A stretch of DNA of 63,259 bases, counting the filler, from Choristocarpus tenellus KU-1152 (lineage: Eukaryota > Protista > Phaeophyceae): assembly GCA_964200185.2 (NCBI GenBank). It is 12 parts of 12 records of this genome, joined end to end, with 100 filler letters (N's around TTAATTAATTAA, not from the genome) between each part and the next. Parts side by side here need not be neighbours in the genome. Positions count along the whole stretch, not along the records: positions 1 to 4,059 come from CAXNAD020016429.1; positions 4,160 to 8,799 come from CAXNAD020013674.1; positions 8,900 to 13,914 come from CAXNAD020012156.1; positions 14,015 to 19,173 come from CAXNAD020011665.1; 8 more parts are not named here. The stretch is one strand, 5' to 3'. A model generated the notes under the pieces. That model was not told the DNA's origin. It did not search any database and worked only from the letters and a program-made list of their open reading frames with translations. Positions 1 through 14,641 of the stretch are shown here, in pieces. Numbering within the stretch: position 1 is the stretch's first letter; each line of letters opens with the position of its first letter. The position numbers and the translations under genes were made by a program.

Positions 1-7
1 CGGTGCC

Positions 8-170
8 CTCCACAAGCATCGAAATATTTTTGACCAAAAATATATCCCATTCGTAGCGGGACCCTTCAAAAGTGTCGCAACATTTACAACAAAAAACATA
101 TGGGCACTTTCCGTACACCATTCCGGGTCTCGCTCATCCTCCATAAAAAGCTCCATCCTCAATTTTTTGT
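8..170 (+). repeat. Dispersed repeat fragment; reverse-complement homolog at ~19010-19173
   Basis: Shared blocks such as TATATCCCATTCGTAGCGGG and GCTCCATCCTCAATTTT. Confidence 0.8.
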
Positions 171-1025
171 GATCAGCTGTTATTCACAGTAAATTTATGT
201 GTAATTCAGTTGGGGGTACCCATTATTGCTCGTCTACAATAATATGCGAACAAGAACGGTACTCCATCTCAACCCAGAAGAAATGAGGTCTTTAAGCTAT
301 TGTAGAAGCGTCCCTTTACTCCGCACAAAGGTGTTGGGAAAACAACATGCTACTCCTTCAACAGACAAAAGGTTTGTTCTGACTGAATAATGCTCGATCA
401 TAAGTCACGACATCAAAGATTAAGACTTATCTGGAGCAGTAATGGTAAACTAGATCTTTGACTAATCAAAGAGAACTTGAACGATCTCAGTCGTTTGCAC
501 AGATACTGTTCAAAATCACTGACTGAGGACACCTCAACTACAACTTGTGGTTTATGGACTTGGGGATAGGCAGGCAATGCTCTTGCCAGCCCAGTGGAAA
601 CCTCCTCGTGCTTGTTATGGCATGATGAAAGGGCAAGGCCTGCCCGGTTGAGACATTAATCATTACTACTCTCTCGTGGTCATGGTAGCATCAAAACCAG
701 TCAGGTCTTCCACCAACTCGAGTGCTTAGCCTTCTCATCCAACTTGTTGTGCCTGACTTGATAATCAAATCTCTCTGGCATGATCCATATCCATAATAGC
801 AAGTTACGCCACAGAATGAATGGCCACCCTCTCCCTGGACTCTTGATCACTACATTACAGTATGAAAAATACAATGTATCCATTGAGGGCAAATGCCACA
901 CGCGACTGTATCTTTTACTTGCCGTCCAAGGCCCAACAAACTATATTTTGGCACGTGATTCACAGTACTGCTGTTGTGTATCACGTGGATGAAGGTAGCA
1001 TGTGCGAGGTCTAGAAGAAAGGCAA

Positions 1026-3170
1026 TTATGAGCCCGAGGCGGCCTCATTCAACAGTACTGTTGTTCCTTTTTGTCTCCTTCCTCCCTCTCCCTCGAGTAG
1101 GTTCACCCTGTCCCTCAGTTGCGACAGCTCCTCGCACATGAGGAGTAGCGCCTTGTGCATGATCCCCCTGCAAAAGAAAGCACATACAAGAAAAACACAA
1201 AAAGTGAAATAAAATAGCACCAACTACACATTTAATATCCTCATCTCTTGAATAATGATGCCTTTGAAAGTAGAAAAATATTAAAAAACAAAACAGAACA
1301 CACACACGCCTCATATATTTGTTGTGGGTTCTGAGTCACATCTTCTCATGAAGTAAGTGTAATGCCTCACCAGAAACAATAATACTTCACTCAAATAGAT
1401 TACAGAAACACATTATAAGTTGACCCCTTAATGTACCCGATCTTCTCAAGCCCAACCCTACCCCATGGCAACCATGACTGTGTCATACTTCCAAGAAGCT
1501 CACATGCACGAAGAAAAATGTAGCAGCAATCCCTTCAACCCCATCCGCCTCCAAACCCAGCATCACCGTGTAACTTCCACTGCCCGAGCAGGTCTAAGTC
1601 TCTCACCTTTTGTCTTCACTGTCAACAAGTGCAAGGCGCAGGTCTTCAACCTGCTGAGACATGTGACACTTCCTCTCGAGCGCGGCTGTTTCAGAATGGA
1701 AGTCTCCATCTCCACGTACTTCAATTTTTTCTCTAACCTGCTGCCCTTCGTCTGGTTTCAATGGACATAGCAACATCTTTTGTCCCTTGCTCGTGGGGAG
1801 GGAACGGAGGCTGGAGGGACTTTGGGATGGCGAGAACAGCTCCTGTCGGCGGACAATCCATCCACGAACCACAGCCTGGAGGTGGAACAAATACAGAACA
1901 TTAAATTCAAAATGTGTTTGTGCACATCATTGGCGGAGGGATGGTATGGGGTTGACTTGAGCACATTACATGACTGGAGTAGTGAGAACATGGAACTGAT
2001 GCTGCCCTCCGGAGTGGTCATGACATACTACACATGAAGTTAATAAACAACCCCTGAATGAGTCATGACGGACACAGTCAGTGGGGAGGAAAATTCAGAA
2101 AAGTAAGCAAAGATATGATGCAATGATGTGTGGGGTCATGAGGACAGGTAGTGTTTTATCTCTGAGGAACAATCTCCTTTTTCTTTCATCCCAGGTATGG
2201 TACATACACTGTGTAAGTTGAGCTGATGATGGAATGTGTGTATCGCTAGATGGAGGGATTGAGCAAAATACAGGGACATCGCATTCAAAGTACCCACTAA
2301 TTGGTAGAGGATACTAGTGATGATCGGAGGTTCGGACATGTCTCTATTTCGTACAGTATATGGGGTAGTCAATGCTGCAGCAATTTACTATCCGATGACA
2401 TGCACCACATTCAAAAATTGCATCGATCTGATCAATCCCCATCAATACAAGGAGGAATAAGTTTGAGTACCCCAAACTTGTGACCACTCCTGCATAGGAG
2501 TTGTGTGCAGTACTGTTCAGTAGTAGTAGGGTGTTGTGCAGGTTGCAGTGCAGGATAGACTTTCATAATCACACACTAAAATGTTGGACCTGCGCTGTTT
2601 CTGAATGTAACACTTACCTGAGCCTTGACAGCTGCATTATGGCGTTCCCCAGTAACTCTCGCCTCCTTCCTCACTAGAAAACCCCTTACAACTGCCTGAG
2701 TTCTGGCTAACCCTTTCCCCAATGCCCCCACACTCAACCCCACGACACGCTCATCATTCAGCGCCTGACCAAGACCCCTCCTCCTAGTCACCCTTTCGCT
2801 GAAAAGAGACTCAACCACTGACCCCGCCTTCAAGTCTCCCTCTTGGCTCCTCACAACTCCAGGGGAAGGGGGAGATAGCATCCCCACCTGGCCTCCTGGG
2901 CAAGCGGAAACCCTGTTAGAATCCCCGACTTCCGAGTCAGTCAGTGTACATTTGGCAGTGTGGGCTGCAGATGTGAGAGCTCTCCCACCCTTGGTATCTT
3001 CTGTGACTATCAGTTCTTGACTGGGATCCTGATTGCTATTCTGAGTCAAACCCCTAGATTGGTTGTTATTTTCGTGTTGATGGGGCAAGGCCTGGTCTGA
3101 TAGGCTGGAGACACATCTTGTTGTGTATTGGACTGCTGGATTGCTCGTCACACTATCCTTGAAGCGGCTG
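1026..3170 (-). CDS. IQ calmodulin-binding motif protein, 3' part (exons 3170-2618, 1875-1607, 1167-1026; upstream exons unresolved)
   Basis: Phase-compatible GT-AG junctions (CAG|GTAAGT at 2618, CAG|GCT at 1875, AAG|GTGAGA at 1607, CAG|GGG at 1167). Two IQ-like motifs: TQAVVRGFLVRK and AQ|AVVRGWIVRR, the second formed only by splicing. Coiled-coil-like C-terminus. Confidence 0.75.
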
Positions 3171-4059
3171 CTAGGGGAATGAGGTAGAATGGGGGTAGTG
3201 TGACTGGGGGTTATTGACTGGCGTGGGAATCATAATCACTGTGCAGATACTCTCTGCTTGGTCAATGAATTCTACTTGATGCAATAGTAGATGCTATATT
3301 GTTGTGTGTCTTACCACACCCCTTTTCCACGCAGTCATTCCTTGTTGTTTCTTGACAAACAAATACTCAGGTAGGTAGGTAGTTACTCCAGTGGCACAGG
3401 TCCGATTAACCTGTTCCATAGTTCAGGCACTACAGAATGAGTATCTACACTAGCTAAGGTCCAGCAGTCCTGGCACTGTAAGTACAGGCACAGCAGTAAG
3501 GCACAGCACTATGGAGTATATAGTACGAAATATTGTACTATGGTATGGAGTAAGAGTTGAAACCATGTTCCTTACCTATTCTAATCCGCCCATCAAGTGA
3601 CGAAGCTTGTTTATCCCTCTCTCTCTCCTCTCTAATTTTTTTTCTCTGCACACGCTCAGAATACCCCCCTGATCACCAGTCTGCCCACATCCCTCAACAA
3701 AAGTTGAACCTCTGGAGTCTATGCACAAAGGATTCCCTCAATACACGACACTGACACTTGAAACACCGAGACCAAGTGCTCCTACCCGTATAGACATTCC
3801 TCTAGACGGCAACACAATAGTGCGGGTTCACCAACGTTATAGTTCCCAGAATTCGAATGGGCTAGTACTGCTAACATCGTAGAACCTAGCCTATTCTCCA
3901 CCCCCACCCAGTGCTTCTCGCAATTTTCGCACTGAAAAATGCACTACTACAAAAAAAATAATGGACACATTACATGCGGAGATAAAAAGTGCTCAAATTC
4001 CAACTCACTCACTGCTGCTGCTTCCACTTAAACAGATACCCCCCCCCCCCCCCCCCCCC

Positions 4060-4159
4060 NNNNNNNNNNNNNNNNNNNNNNNNNNNNNNNNNNNNNNNNN
4101 NNNTTAATTAATTAANNNNNNNNNNNNNNNNNNNNNNNNNNNNNNNNNNNNNNNNNNNN
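4060..4159. other. Artificial contig spacer N44-TTAATTAATTAA-N44; also at 8800, 13915, 19174, 23280, 26580, 30617, 43271, 47243, 51528, 60553
   Basis: Identical 100-bp layout 11 times; the 12-mer gives stops in all six frames. Confidence 0.97.
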
Positions 4160-6349
4160 GGGACTTGTCAGGAGAGGTGCATGATGTAGAGGACACCACC
4201 CTGCGTCCAGTTTTACTGTGATTGTTTTGTTGTGCCCCTCTCTCCTATGTAGACATTCTACAGTTTCCAGGCCCACCTTCCCTACCATTGTCTCCTTGTC
4301 CTTTGATCTATGCTTGCAAGCAAGGACCCTTCTCTGTTTTTTTAGTTTTTTTTATCCCCTAGGTGGATGAATCAGGGTATGGTTGTTGAGGAATTGAGCA
4401 TATTGAGAGAGAGAGCATGAGAGGAGAATGGATGTAAAGTCATGCATGCAAGAAAAAGAAGAAACAATAAGCTTGTCTCTTGTGCCAACTCATTCTACAC
4501 GAGTTCACTTACTATTGCAGACAACACATTTTTTTCTTCTTTTAATGTAGAGGTTTGAAGACATGTGAATCGGCGTTCAACCAAGTCTCGTCTTGTCTGA
4601 GAGATGTGGCTATGACTTGACCCTCCTGTTGTTGTATGCAATGGGGAACAGGGTATGTTACCTTACACGTACACAGTGCGTTGGTCGTCGTTCTCATTTC
4701 CTTGATCTTGTGGAGGGATGCACAGGACACAAAAAGCAATGGCATCGTAACTGAATGTTGTGCACCTTCCCTTCCACCACATTACAGTACACTTTGCTGA
4801 GGCAGTTTCCATGTTCTGCCTATTATACCACAGATTGTGGCAGTCTGATCCTTGACAGGGAACCCTCATTAGTGTGTGTTCCAGGTGTTTTGACAAAAAT
4901 CTGAGTGTGTGGTCCAGCCTTGAGAGGTGGCTCTTTTGATCTTTTCCATACAATGCACTTCTGTCAAGGATTAGCAAAAGGTGTGCTGACCGGTATATGA
5001 AGTTTTACTGCATTTCATCACATCGGAAGGTACTGTTTTTATTTTATGTAGGTGTTACTTCGGTGAAGATCATAGGTCTGGAGACAACACTGTGCACTTG
5101 TCTCCATGTATGCACATTTTTTTTTGTTTGGTACTATGGTGCGATCTGTTGATGTAAAATAGTGGGGACATACATACGCTTGTACTCCTTGTGCTCTGTT
5201 TCACAATGGTGATACACTTCTCATATAGTTGTAGGGATGAATCTCACCTGTCTCAATTTTCGAGGTGATACATGCTTTGAGTTGGTAAATGTTGCAAGGT
5301 CAGAAAAACTTCCCCGACATTTTGCTCTTATTTTTATTCTGTTAGTAGCAGGAATGGGCCATTCTATGCTTCTCCTCTGAAAAGCCTCTTGAGGGATGTG
5401 TGAAACGCTTATCCTATTTTAGAATATATTTAACATGGTTCGTGGTTTTGGAATATATTTGACATCGTACGTGATTTGTTTTCGTCTGAACTGGATACTT
5501 CAAAAGTTTGTACTATTTGTTTTCGACTGGGCTGAGTACCGCACTTGATGCTGTTATGGAAAAAAAAATAGGTCTCTTCGGATGATTTTCCGTACCAGCA
5601 AGGGTCACTGGGTCAACATTGATTCGTAATTGATCCGGTAGAATAGGTTTGCATGTTGGAAAATGTTTTGGAAATTGTTTCAAGGGCGTGCACCTGTTTA
5701 GGAGGTAGCTTCTTGTCGCAACAACTCACCTACTACTCAAGCAGAAGTAGTGCTTAGGATTTTCTGGGATTGCTGCACCATACAACCACTGCCTGTATCA
5801 GTGCTTTTTTAAAATTTTGTCCTGTCGTCATACATGTAATTTGATCCTAGCAGGAACGAGACTTGAGACAGATACGGATACCTCTAATTATCCTCTTTTA
5901 GATTATAGGAATACTTGGCGTGACCCAGCCAGAGGAAGGTTGAACATTTTCCCCTATCCTTCCTTCCCTTAACCTATTCTGATATTCAGTGCACATGCAG
6001 CCCAAAGTATCGTCGACGACTAGCTGCTCAAGAAGTAAGATACTACTTATCATCCATTTTTTTTGCACTCTCTCCAATGGCATTATCCCAATAGCAGCAG
6101 TGAGGAGAGTTACTCTATTACTATTTTTTAAATATACAATCTTTTCTACTGAACAGACTGCATTGTGCACTGTTCTTTTAACAAGCATGTTGAGGCGTTG
6201 ATGAGGGGTCCTTGAATGTGCTCCTCCTGCTGACGACAAGTAAGTTTCCATCCAGATTTCATCTCTCCTAATAGTAGGGTGAAAGTGATTACTCTGGATA
6301 CAATGAAATTGTTGGTTGTCATGTGCTGGTGGTATCATCTGTTGCAGAA

Positions 6350-6527
6350 GGATCAATGTATCTGGGGGGGGTGACAGCTGTCCATTCGGGGCCAGTTTTT
6401 TCATATCGCGATTTTTGGGTTACTTGGTTCCATGAGTCGGATGGATAATGAAAGTGCACATTTCCTGGTTATGGCCCGAATGGACACCCTGGCGTAGACC
6501 TCCTCCCCCCCCCAGATACTTTTGGTC
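6350..6527 (+). mobile_element. MITE family B (poly-G TIR), complete 178-bp copy
   Basis: Ends GGATCAATGTATCTGGGGGGGG ... CCCCCCCAGATACTTTTGGTC; 4-bp TSD AGAA on both sides. Confidence 0.8.
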
Positions 6528-9027
6528 AGAAGCAAGGGGACGTGCTCTCCTTGATCACGAATCATGACCACATCCCTTCCTGCACACCCAGCAGCACGCT
6601 TACTTCAAGAAAGGGCAGCCTGAAAAATGCGAGGTGTGTGCGCGACTGATCTTACCCCTCACCTCGATAGATTGCCTGGCCTGTTGTTAATTGAAGTAGG
6701 ACAATATAACATTGTCTATCTTATGTCAGAATGTGATATAGAACCACCTTCTGCCTGCATGCTTTTATAGAGCAAATTTACAAGGCCAAGGTTCCTAGCA
6801 GCTAGTTGAGAAAACAAACCCTGTTGTTGGTTGCTTGTCTGGGATCTGACCCATAGCATCCTAGAGGGGAGGTCAGGTGTTCAGTTTGGGTCTGTGCGAC
6901 CCTGTAGTGATTCCCATGTCATTTGAGTGAACGGGTCAGATGTAAGGGCAATCTCCTTCATCTGAACGAATCTTCCTTGTCCATCCCCTTGCCTGAACCA
7001 AGTTCGAACGAAAATCACTCATAAAAATGGCATCAAACCAGGGTATCTTACCACACCTCTTCAAGCCCCAAATGGACAAAATGGGCTAAACTTCCGCCCC
7101 CCCCCTTCTAGGAATACTATGGCCCCCTGACGAGGAGCAAGTTGAAGTCAGCACAGAAAAAAATAAAAGAGGAGATGATGACTGCGGTTGATCATTTGCA
7201 AAGTTCAAAGGAGTTTGTAGAGAAGTGGCATCTCTCCTGTCATTGATGAGGTGATGTGCAGGCTGCAATCCTCTCGATCAATAGTGTGCTAGACTCAGGA
7301 AGAGCCCGCTTTAGCTTGCTTGAATGGCCTGATCTACCCTTGCCATCCTTCTCTTACCTTGTTGGGGATCAGTCGCTGTCACTGGTACCTCATGTTAGAG
7401 GAAGCTAGAGGATAGGAACCACTGCAGCTGCTTGCTGGATAGGGTACAATAGACTCTTGTCCCTTTGCGAATTTCTGCAGCTCTATTACCATACGTATTG
7501 TTTTGTGCACTGGAAGTATATGTAATGTGTAATTAGATTGTAACACTTACAAACAATTGACAAACAAGGGCACTTCACAGCGCATTAAATACTAATATGT
7601 AGCACGATACTTGAATGATTGAATTGATTGAAGTGATTATGGGGCACACAGACTCCTGATGGTTGGGTTGTGTTCACAACACCGGCAGAGTGACACCTGC
7701 TGAGGCTGCTTCAGCTAAGATTTGATGGACCAATCAATATTTTTGCTCCTCTAATTCTGCACAGTGAACAGGCACAACCATTGCATCCAGTCTGCTTGAA
7801 TTGCTTAGCTTCTCCCTGAAAATGATATTTGCTTCTGATTCTAACCGCACAACATATTTTTCAGGAGGTGCACGGGATTTTCTGTGCGATAACGATGATG
7901 ATACTTGCCAATTCTGTGTAGGCAATCTTGCTTGAATCGGACCACAAGGTACACAGAGCATTAGTAGTTGTAACACACCAGTCCACTCATGATTGTGACA
8001 TTGGGGGTACATGATTACTAGCCCAAGGTATGCCCCTAAGTCGGGGTGTGGTACAGGCATTATGCCAGTTCACTGCACCACTACACTTCATTTGCCAGAG
8101 TGAGCAAGTCCTGTCCGTATCCCACCCTTCCCGTGGTTCAGTCGTATCACCTTCGTGGGAGTTAAAGATGGTTCAGTTTCAGAGGATCGATGCCACAAAC
8201 ATATACATCTATCTCCACTGGGTTGTCATTACCCTTTCTTCCTTCTTGTATGGCTAGGAAATGGTTGTGTTAGGCGCAGGCCATCACTTCCCTTCCCCCC
8301 CGACCAAAAAAGGGGAAAAACAAGAACCAGGTGGGTACCTCCTAGATGGGAGGGGGGAGTATAATCTTGTTCAGGCAGGCCGGGGTTTGAACATTTCAGA
8401 CTGATGAGAAGAGTGTTCTGGACACATGTTACTCATGTGATTCAAAACAGCAGATGGTTGACCAACCAGCTCTTTTCGCAAAACCATATTATCTGTCTGC
8501 AAGCTTGAAATACCCTAACCTTCCTGCTTCTTATAACCCCACAACCCCTAAAACCTCAAAGATGTTCCCAGTGGGGACAGCAGTGCTATATTTATCAACT
8601 CTTCTTGCCTATGCACGTTTCAGTTCTGCTCAAGGGTCATGATGTTAGGTGCACCCCCCTGTCCCACCCCAGCATAATCCATGGCCTTAAGGTATGCTTC
8701 ATCCCCGCGCCCCAACCCCCCTATCCCCCCTTCCTCCTCCGCTGCTGCAGCGGCCACCCGACCCTTCACAAGGGCGAGCTTGCACTTCAGGAGAGTGTGN
8801 NNNNNNNNNNNNNNNNNNNNNNNNNNNNNNNNNNNNNNNNNNNTTAATTAATTAANNNNNNNNNNNNNNNNNNNNNNNNNNNNNNNNNNNNNNNNNNNNA
8901 AAAATTTTTTTTAAAAACCCCCGGGTCAAAAAAAAGGCACCCCCCACAAATTACCCACCCTCTGGTGTCCCCCCCCCCCCCCCCCTCCCCCTATCACCTA
9001 ACCGTTTTTCTTCTGGTGCGAGTGCAG

Positions 9028-9146
9028 GAGCTACTTGAGAACACATCCCGCCTCCGTCAACAGATGAATGACTCACATGCAGCTAGGAGTCGCCGGAAAC
9101 AGGAGGAATACTTGGCAGTGAAGCAGATGGAGGCGTGCGAGCGAAT
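9028..9146 (+). CDS. Orphan internal exon, coiled-coil-like protein (ELLENTSRLRQQMNDSHAARSRRKQEEYLAVKQMEACER)
   Basis: TGCAG acceptor after a pyrimidine tract, GTGAGA donor, open frame, protein-like composition. Confidence 0.55.
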
Positions 9147-11924
9147 GTGAGAAGGGCATATAAGGGTACACCTTTATAACAGCTTCTGTTTGGTTTTGGT
9201 TTGGTTTGGTTTGGTTTGGTTTGGTTTGATTACCAAGGTTTTGTTTATGGGAGAACCTGTCCTAAACCACTTTTTTTTTCATCCTAGAGACAAGTTATCA
9301 TTTTTTTTTAAATTTCACTTTACGGTTTTTTATCAATCCATTAGATTTTTTTATGCTTTTAAAAACCGATTTCATCCTTTTTTTTTGTATTTTGGTAAGG
9401 GTAGGGTTAATAACTATTGTGTTCCTACCTTTTGAGAGATTTTTATTTCTTCTTCTCCCAACTCCCTATGAGTATGCACCCCCCTGCCCCTCTCTTCTCA
9501 CATGACACTCATGTGTACTGATATGGTTCAATTCTCTTGCCCTTGTCACACAATAACACTTATTGTCACACAATACAGGCACAAGGACCGACTGCGGAAG
9601 CAGGCTGGGGTGGTTGTTACCCACCATCCCCTGAAACACTCTCAGTGGTATACTTAGTACTGGCTGTGATAGTTCGCCTGATAGAAACTTACACCCCCTA
9701 AGAGAATACACCTGGAATGGGTTGGTGATGATAAAACCACTTGAGATGGTTGTTGTGTCCCCATCTTTGTACTAAAATTGAGGCAGTAGTGGGAGGGGGG
9801 GCGAATCTTACAGGGTGAAGAAGTGAATGTATAAGTCCTATTGGGTCAGTCCAGAGTATATGATGCCGTTACTATCAATTGGAAATAATAATAGTATAAT
9901 TATTATTGTGTGTGTGTTGTGTTACTTGGCATGAATCTTTTCAAAATACGTCTGAGGAGAAAGTGTGTGCATATGCGCACGCGCAAGAGAGAGAAAGAGG
10001 AGGCATGCCAGTGAAATATCTGAGAAACAGTTACACATTGACAGTTACACATTTGTCGTAGCAGAAGGTGTCAAATATTAATGTACTTGAGACATATTTG
10101 GGTGTCTGGGGTGGAAATGAGATATTTCACCTGGTATGTACGTATGTATCTATGTATGTACCTATGGATCAACAGAGGCTGCTAAGTGATGCACACAACC
10201 ATACCATAGAAATGCCGTCTGGGTTGGTGTCGTGCTTCCTTCTACTGGGACAGGATTGCTGTCAGGCAGTAACCTGGTGTACAAGGGATGTAGTGAGGAT
10301 CTCAAAACCTGGCTGATGCACTCGGAAATGATAGGAATATCACCAGCAGAGCATGGTCACAACAAACTAGATAGGTCTCTCATGAAATCCTCACTTTCGG
10401 CTTATGACCTCACCCCCTATCCTGGAGCCAGCAACAGAGTCAGCCACATATTCAAATCTGGTTAAGGAGGTGACATCCTATGCCCAAGAGCTGGCTGCTG
10501 CAGTATGATGGAAAAGTATGGAGCAGTCGCATTGTATTTCTCCTATCTTTAATTGACTCGAAGTTATTTATAGTATACATGCAACACAATGAGGTTGTAC
10601 TATGCTTCGAAGTAATAAATAAAATTTACAGGCACAACCTGCCTCAACTACCATCGCAGGTCCCTCCTTGGGGGTCTTCTGTCCTTTGGTAATATGTAAG
10701 TATAGGTAGTAATTATTTTGTCTTTTGCCAAGGAAGTTGGTAGAAACTCTGACAGAGGCGCACTTGTCCCTCCTGAATATATCATCGCCAGTAAATATTG
10801 TAGCTACCTGTTGGCTCTACCACTGTAGTCCCTCCCAGTCAACAGTATTTAAAACTGTTTTGCATTCATAAATAATGTCCGCAATGAACAACAAAAGGTT
10901 TCTACAAACAAATAGTGGATGGCTTTTGATTCAGGGAAACACATACCTCTCGCTCTCGCTCTCTTTCTGGAGGTATGTTCCAAGAAGCATGATACTTTTT
11001 GTTTTGTACTTTGTCTAAGATTTATCATCACACATACCATATACAAAGCTCCCAGCAACCTACTATTATCGCAAAGCGGAGCGAAGCTGTTTTAAATCGT
11101 GCAAGGTTGACGTTCTTTTGGGTGGGGTGCATCGAAGTGACCGTTTTTGCGCACGTTTTTTTACGCAAGATTTTATGAAATTCAAACGAGGTGACAAAAA
11201 GTGGGATTTTCGGCGATGGTCGTCCTAATCAAAGTACTTTTGTGACCTACTTCCTGACACTGGAAATGGATAGTGTGAGGGTGTAGTTAAGATCTTAGTG
11301 GGCGCATGGGGGTAAGGACTTCCCTTCATTTGGAACTTCTAACATGGGAAAAACAATGGTGATTAGAACCTCAGGATCCCCTCTCTATTCAATGCAACCG
11401 CAGAACCTGCAGACTACAGCCACAGAAATTTACTCTACATTCTTTCAGAGAGGATAGTTGGGGCAGCACAGCTAGTGGCAGAAGGTGCGGGGTAGGCTAG
11501 TATACAGGAGGTGGGATGGTGGAATCATATTATTTCACGGTGTATGGTAGACGTAGTATGGAAGAGGTCAATACGATGTTGAGAGCATCAGATAAGTGAG
11601 GGGCATTTCAACCTGTGGCAACCAGGGCAAGAGATATCATGTATGAGATGGACAAGATGAGCTTCTAAGTGGGGAGAAGGATGGCCAACCCAGTGTGGAA
11701 GAAATGGCCCGGAAACGGCCCAGTTCAACCTTTCTATTTCTATAAGTTGGTTGAAAAATGTGGTTAGTTGTTAGTAGTACGATTGATTGAAAGTGCTCGA
11801 TTCCTGTAGATGAACAGAATGGGGGACAGTATTTGGCCATTGGATGGAGCTAATGAGCCAATCCAGTTGAGAAGTAGGCAGGTTTGGACCCTGTTATATT
11901 TTAAGCCATCTTTGTTACCCTGTG

Positions 11925-12060
11925 CAATGCACCCTATTTCGTTGCTTTATGTGCGCAATAGTGTACCAAATCGATATTCCTCTTTTGCACAAACAAGCGA
12001 CACCACAATTCAGTAAAGGCTCTTTCTACAATTGCACAAAATGGCGTATTTTTTCCCCCT
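11925..12060 (+). repeat. Dispersed repeat; reverse-complement homolog at ~56320-56455
   Basis: Shared TTGCTTTATGTGC(G/A)CAATAGTGTAC and CACAATTCAG(T/C)AAAGGCTC blocks; similar translated peptides in the ORF track. Confidence 0.7.
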
Positions 12061-14254
12061 TTGCTGTGGTTGGCGCATGATGGATCTCGCTTCGTATCCT
12101 TCAACCTTTCCACATGTTTTTATCGCAATTGAGCACAGGAGTGAATTGTTTTCGTTTTAGAAAAAAAGGTTACTCTCCAAATATTCCCATTCAAATGTGT
12201 ACAACAACACTAAAAAGAGTGATGTTTAATAAATCATTATATCAATTCCAAGATTTGAAATGATTTGTGTATTTGATAATTTTATCGATAATATTGTACT
12301 GGCGATGCAGTAGGTCATCGTGCTTTTGAACACAACAAAATCAAATTGCGTCATCCTTCGTAGTACTAACTGAGAGATAGATGATACACGTATTTTGACC
12401 GTTTTGCAACATATTATGATCGTTTTTGACCCTTCTGGCGCAATATTCCCTATTTCATGTTTTACATACACAATGGAAGCCCACAACATTGAAAATGTTG
12501 TTCATTGGTAGTGCTGGTGATGATACACTGTTAGTCTCCACTAGTGAGCCAAGTAAGCGAGAGATACCTAGGTTTTGGCAGTTTAGGAAGGACTTCAGGT
12601 CTGTTTTTCAATCTTTTGCTATTATTCTTTCATGTATCTATGGATGAAGTTCTAAGTTTGACTTGAGATCGTTACTTTCTCTGTAGTTTAAAACTTTTCC
12701 GACGCAATTAAGAAAATATCCTAAAATACACTGGTACAAAGAGCCGAATTTTGAACTTTTTTTATCAGCATCCTTAAAATGCAACCGGCTACCTCTCATT
12801 TTCTTTGACTCAGTGGAAATGGTAATGGGAGGTAGAGCCAGTGACGGATATACCGACCAATAGTTACATTTTATGGACAGTCTGTGTGGCTGATGAGTGA
12901 CATCATGCACCAGGCGCGTTTGTTGATTCACGTTCTATGATTAATGTATTCTGTCCTCCACAACACGCTGTTCATACTGAAGACAATTTAGTGTTAATTC
13001 ATTTTGGGTAGTTAAAAGGTGGATGATCGTAAACCCGACAATATTGGAAAGACACGGGTTGTCTCACCACACCTGTTCCGTCAGTGGAATTGAGACCAAA
13101 ACAACCAACCTTGTGAAATCTAATACATACATATATTCACAGCAGGCTATATTGTCCGGTACCAGCACACCCTATTCACTGCGGACTCAAGGAGGATTGT
13201 TTTGCAGGTGTCACTAAGAACAGTCTTTGGGTGACAAAAAGAAATAACAACAATTGACCAAAGGTTCATTTCGTGATGTACAAAAACATATGTTTTAACG
13301 TTATTTCTGGGATCCTTATTATAGTGCAACCTTGTATAATTCTTGGTTAGTACGACTCATTCATCATCTCACACCTACTGTGCCAAGGGGTGTAATTACT
13401 TCATCAATGCATCAACCTCAACGTAACATACGAAATCTATCACTACATTATTGTTATATCTATGTTTCGAAGTGGATCAGTAAAGTGGAGAATTTTGTGA
13501 TTCCAAAAGGCAGCAGTGTTGGAAGTCATGTGGGAAATCATGGAAGAAAATGATCAACTATGGAAGTGACAGGAACACTCTATTAATCAGTGTTGTCCAT
13601 ACTGTATTGGTACATTTAACGCAGTTGCCCACTACCACTAACCTTGCAGCATTTCCTTTTCTTACTTTCCCTCCAGACATTCCTAACCGTAGCACCCTGT
13701 TATTTTGCCCCCCGGTTCCTCCCCCTCCCCTTGACCTCCACTTTAGCACCAGCAGCAGTACCCCTCCTTTCCACTCTTTCTCAGGGCAGCAACGTGTGTT
13801 GACCTCTCCTCCTCTCCACCAACAATATTGAGGTCATAAAAAAAACCGCACACCCCCCTTCCCCTCCACCTCTCCCCCCACCCCCCCTCCCCCCTCCCTT
13901 TACCCCTTCCTCCCNNNNNNNNNNNNNNNNNNNNNNNNNNNNNNNNNNNNNNNNNNNNTTAATTAATTAANNNNNNNNNNNNNNNNNNNNNNNNNNNNNN
14001 NNNNNNNNNNNNNNGTGATCTGAAGGGCACTTAGTGAACTATATCTTAAATTCATGCCCCTGCCCCCAACCCCCAACCCCTACCCTCCACCAACCACCAA
14101 CCACCCTCCAAAACACACACATAAACAACAAACACTTACCCCCTCTCCCCAGTCAGTCAACATAGCAGTTCAGAAAATGAAATCATGACCTCTCACACGT
14201 TGGTCACCCCTCCATCACACCCAACACGCTTCTATTTATTTTAAAAGAGCACGC

Positions 14255-14535
14255 ACACAATCATTACTTAATAACACTCCACACAATCACTACTTAATAA
14301 CACTCCACACAATCATTACTTAATAACACTCCACACAATCATTACTTAATAACACTCCACACAATCACTACTTAGTAACACTCCACACAATCATTACTTA
14401 ATAACACTCCACACAATCATTACTTACTCCACACAATCATTACCTAATAACACTTTACACAATCATTACTTAATAACACTCCACACAATCATTACTTAAT
14501 AACACTCCACACAATCAGTACTTAATAACACTCCA
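14255..14535. repeat. Minisatellite, 26-bp unit CACACAATCATTACTTAATAACACTC, about 11 copies
   Basis: Direct tandem repeats, one copy with an internal deletion; no spacers. Confidence 0.95.
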
Positions 14536-14641
14536 TTCTAGTATACATACATGTAGAGGTATAGGCTCCCTTAGCAAATTAAGCCAATATATAATGCATG
14601 CACAAACACCAGCAGCGACTTCCAGACACTCTCTTCCCAAC

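Noticed and set aside
3576-3718. Upstream exon of the IQ gene
   Set aside because: Good donor, but I could not find a stop-free, phase-compatible join
8571-8799. Two possible exons (WGQQCYIYQLF... and GHPTLHKGEL...)
   Set aside because: Weak donor, truncated by a gap, no recognisable domain
14255-14535. CRISPR-like array
   Set aside because: Head-to-tail units without unique spacers, no cas genes, eukaryotic context
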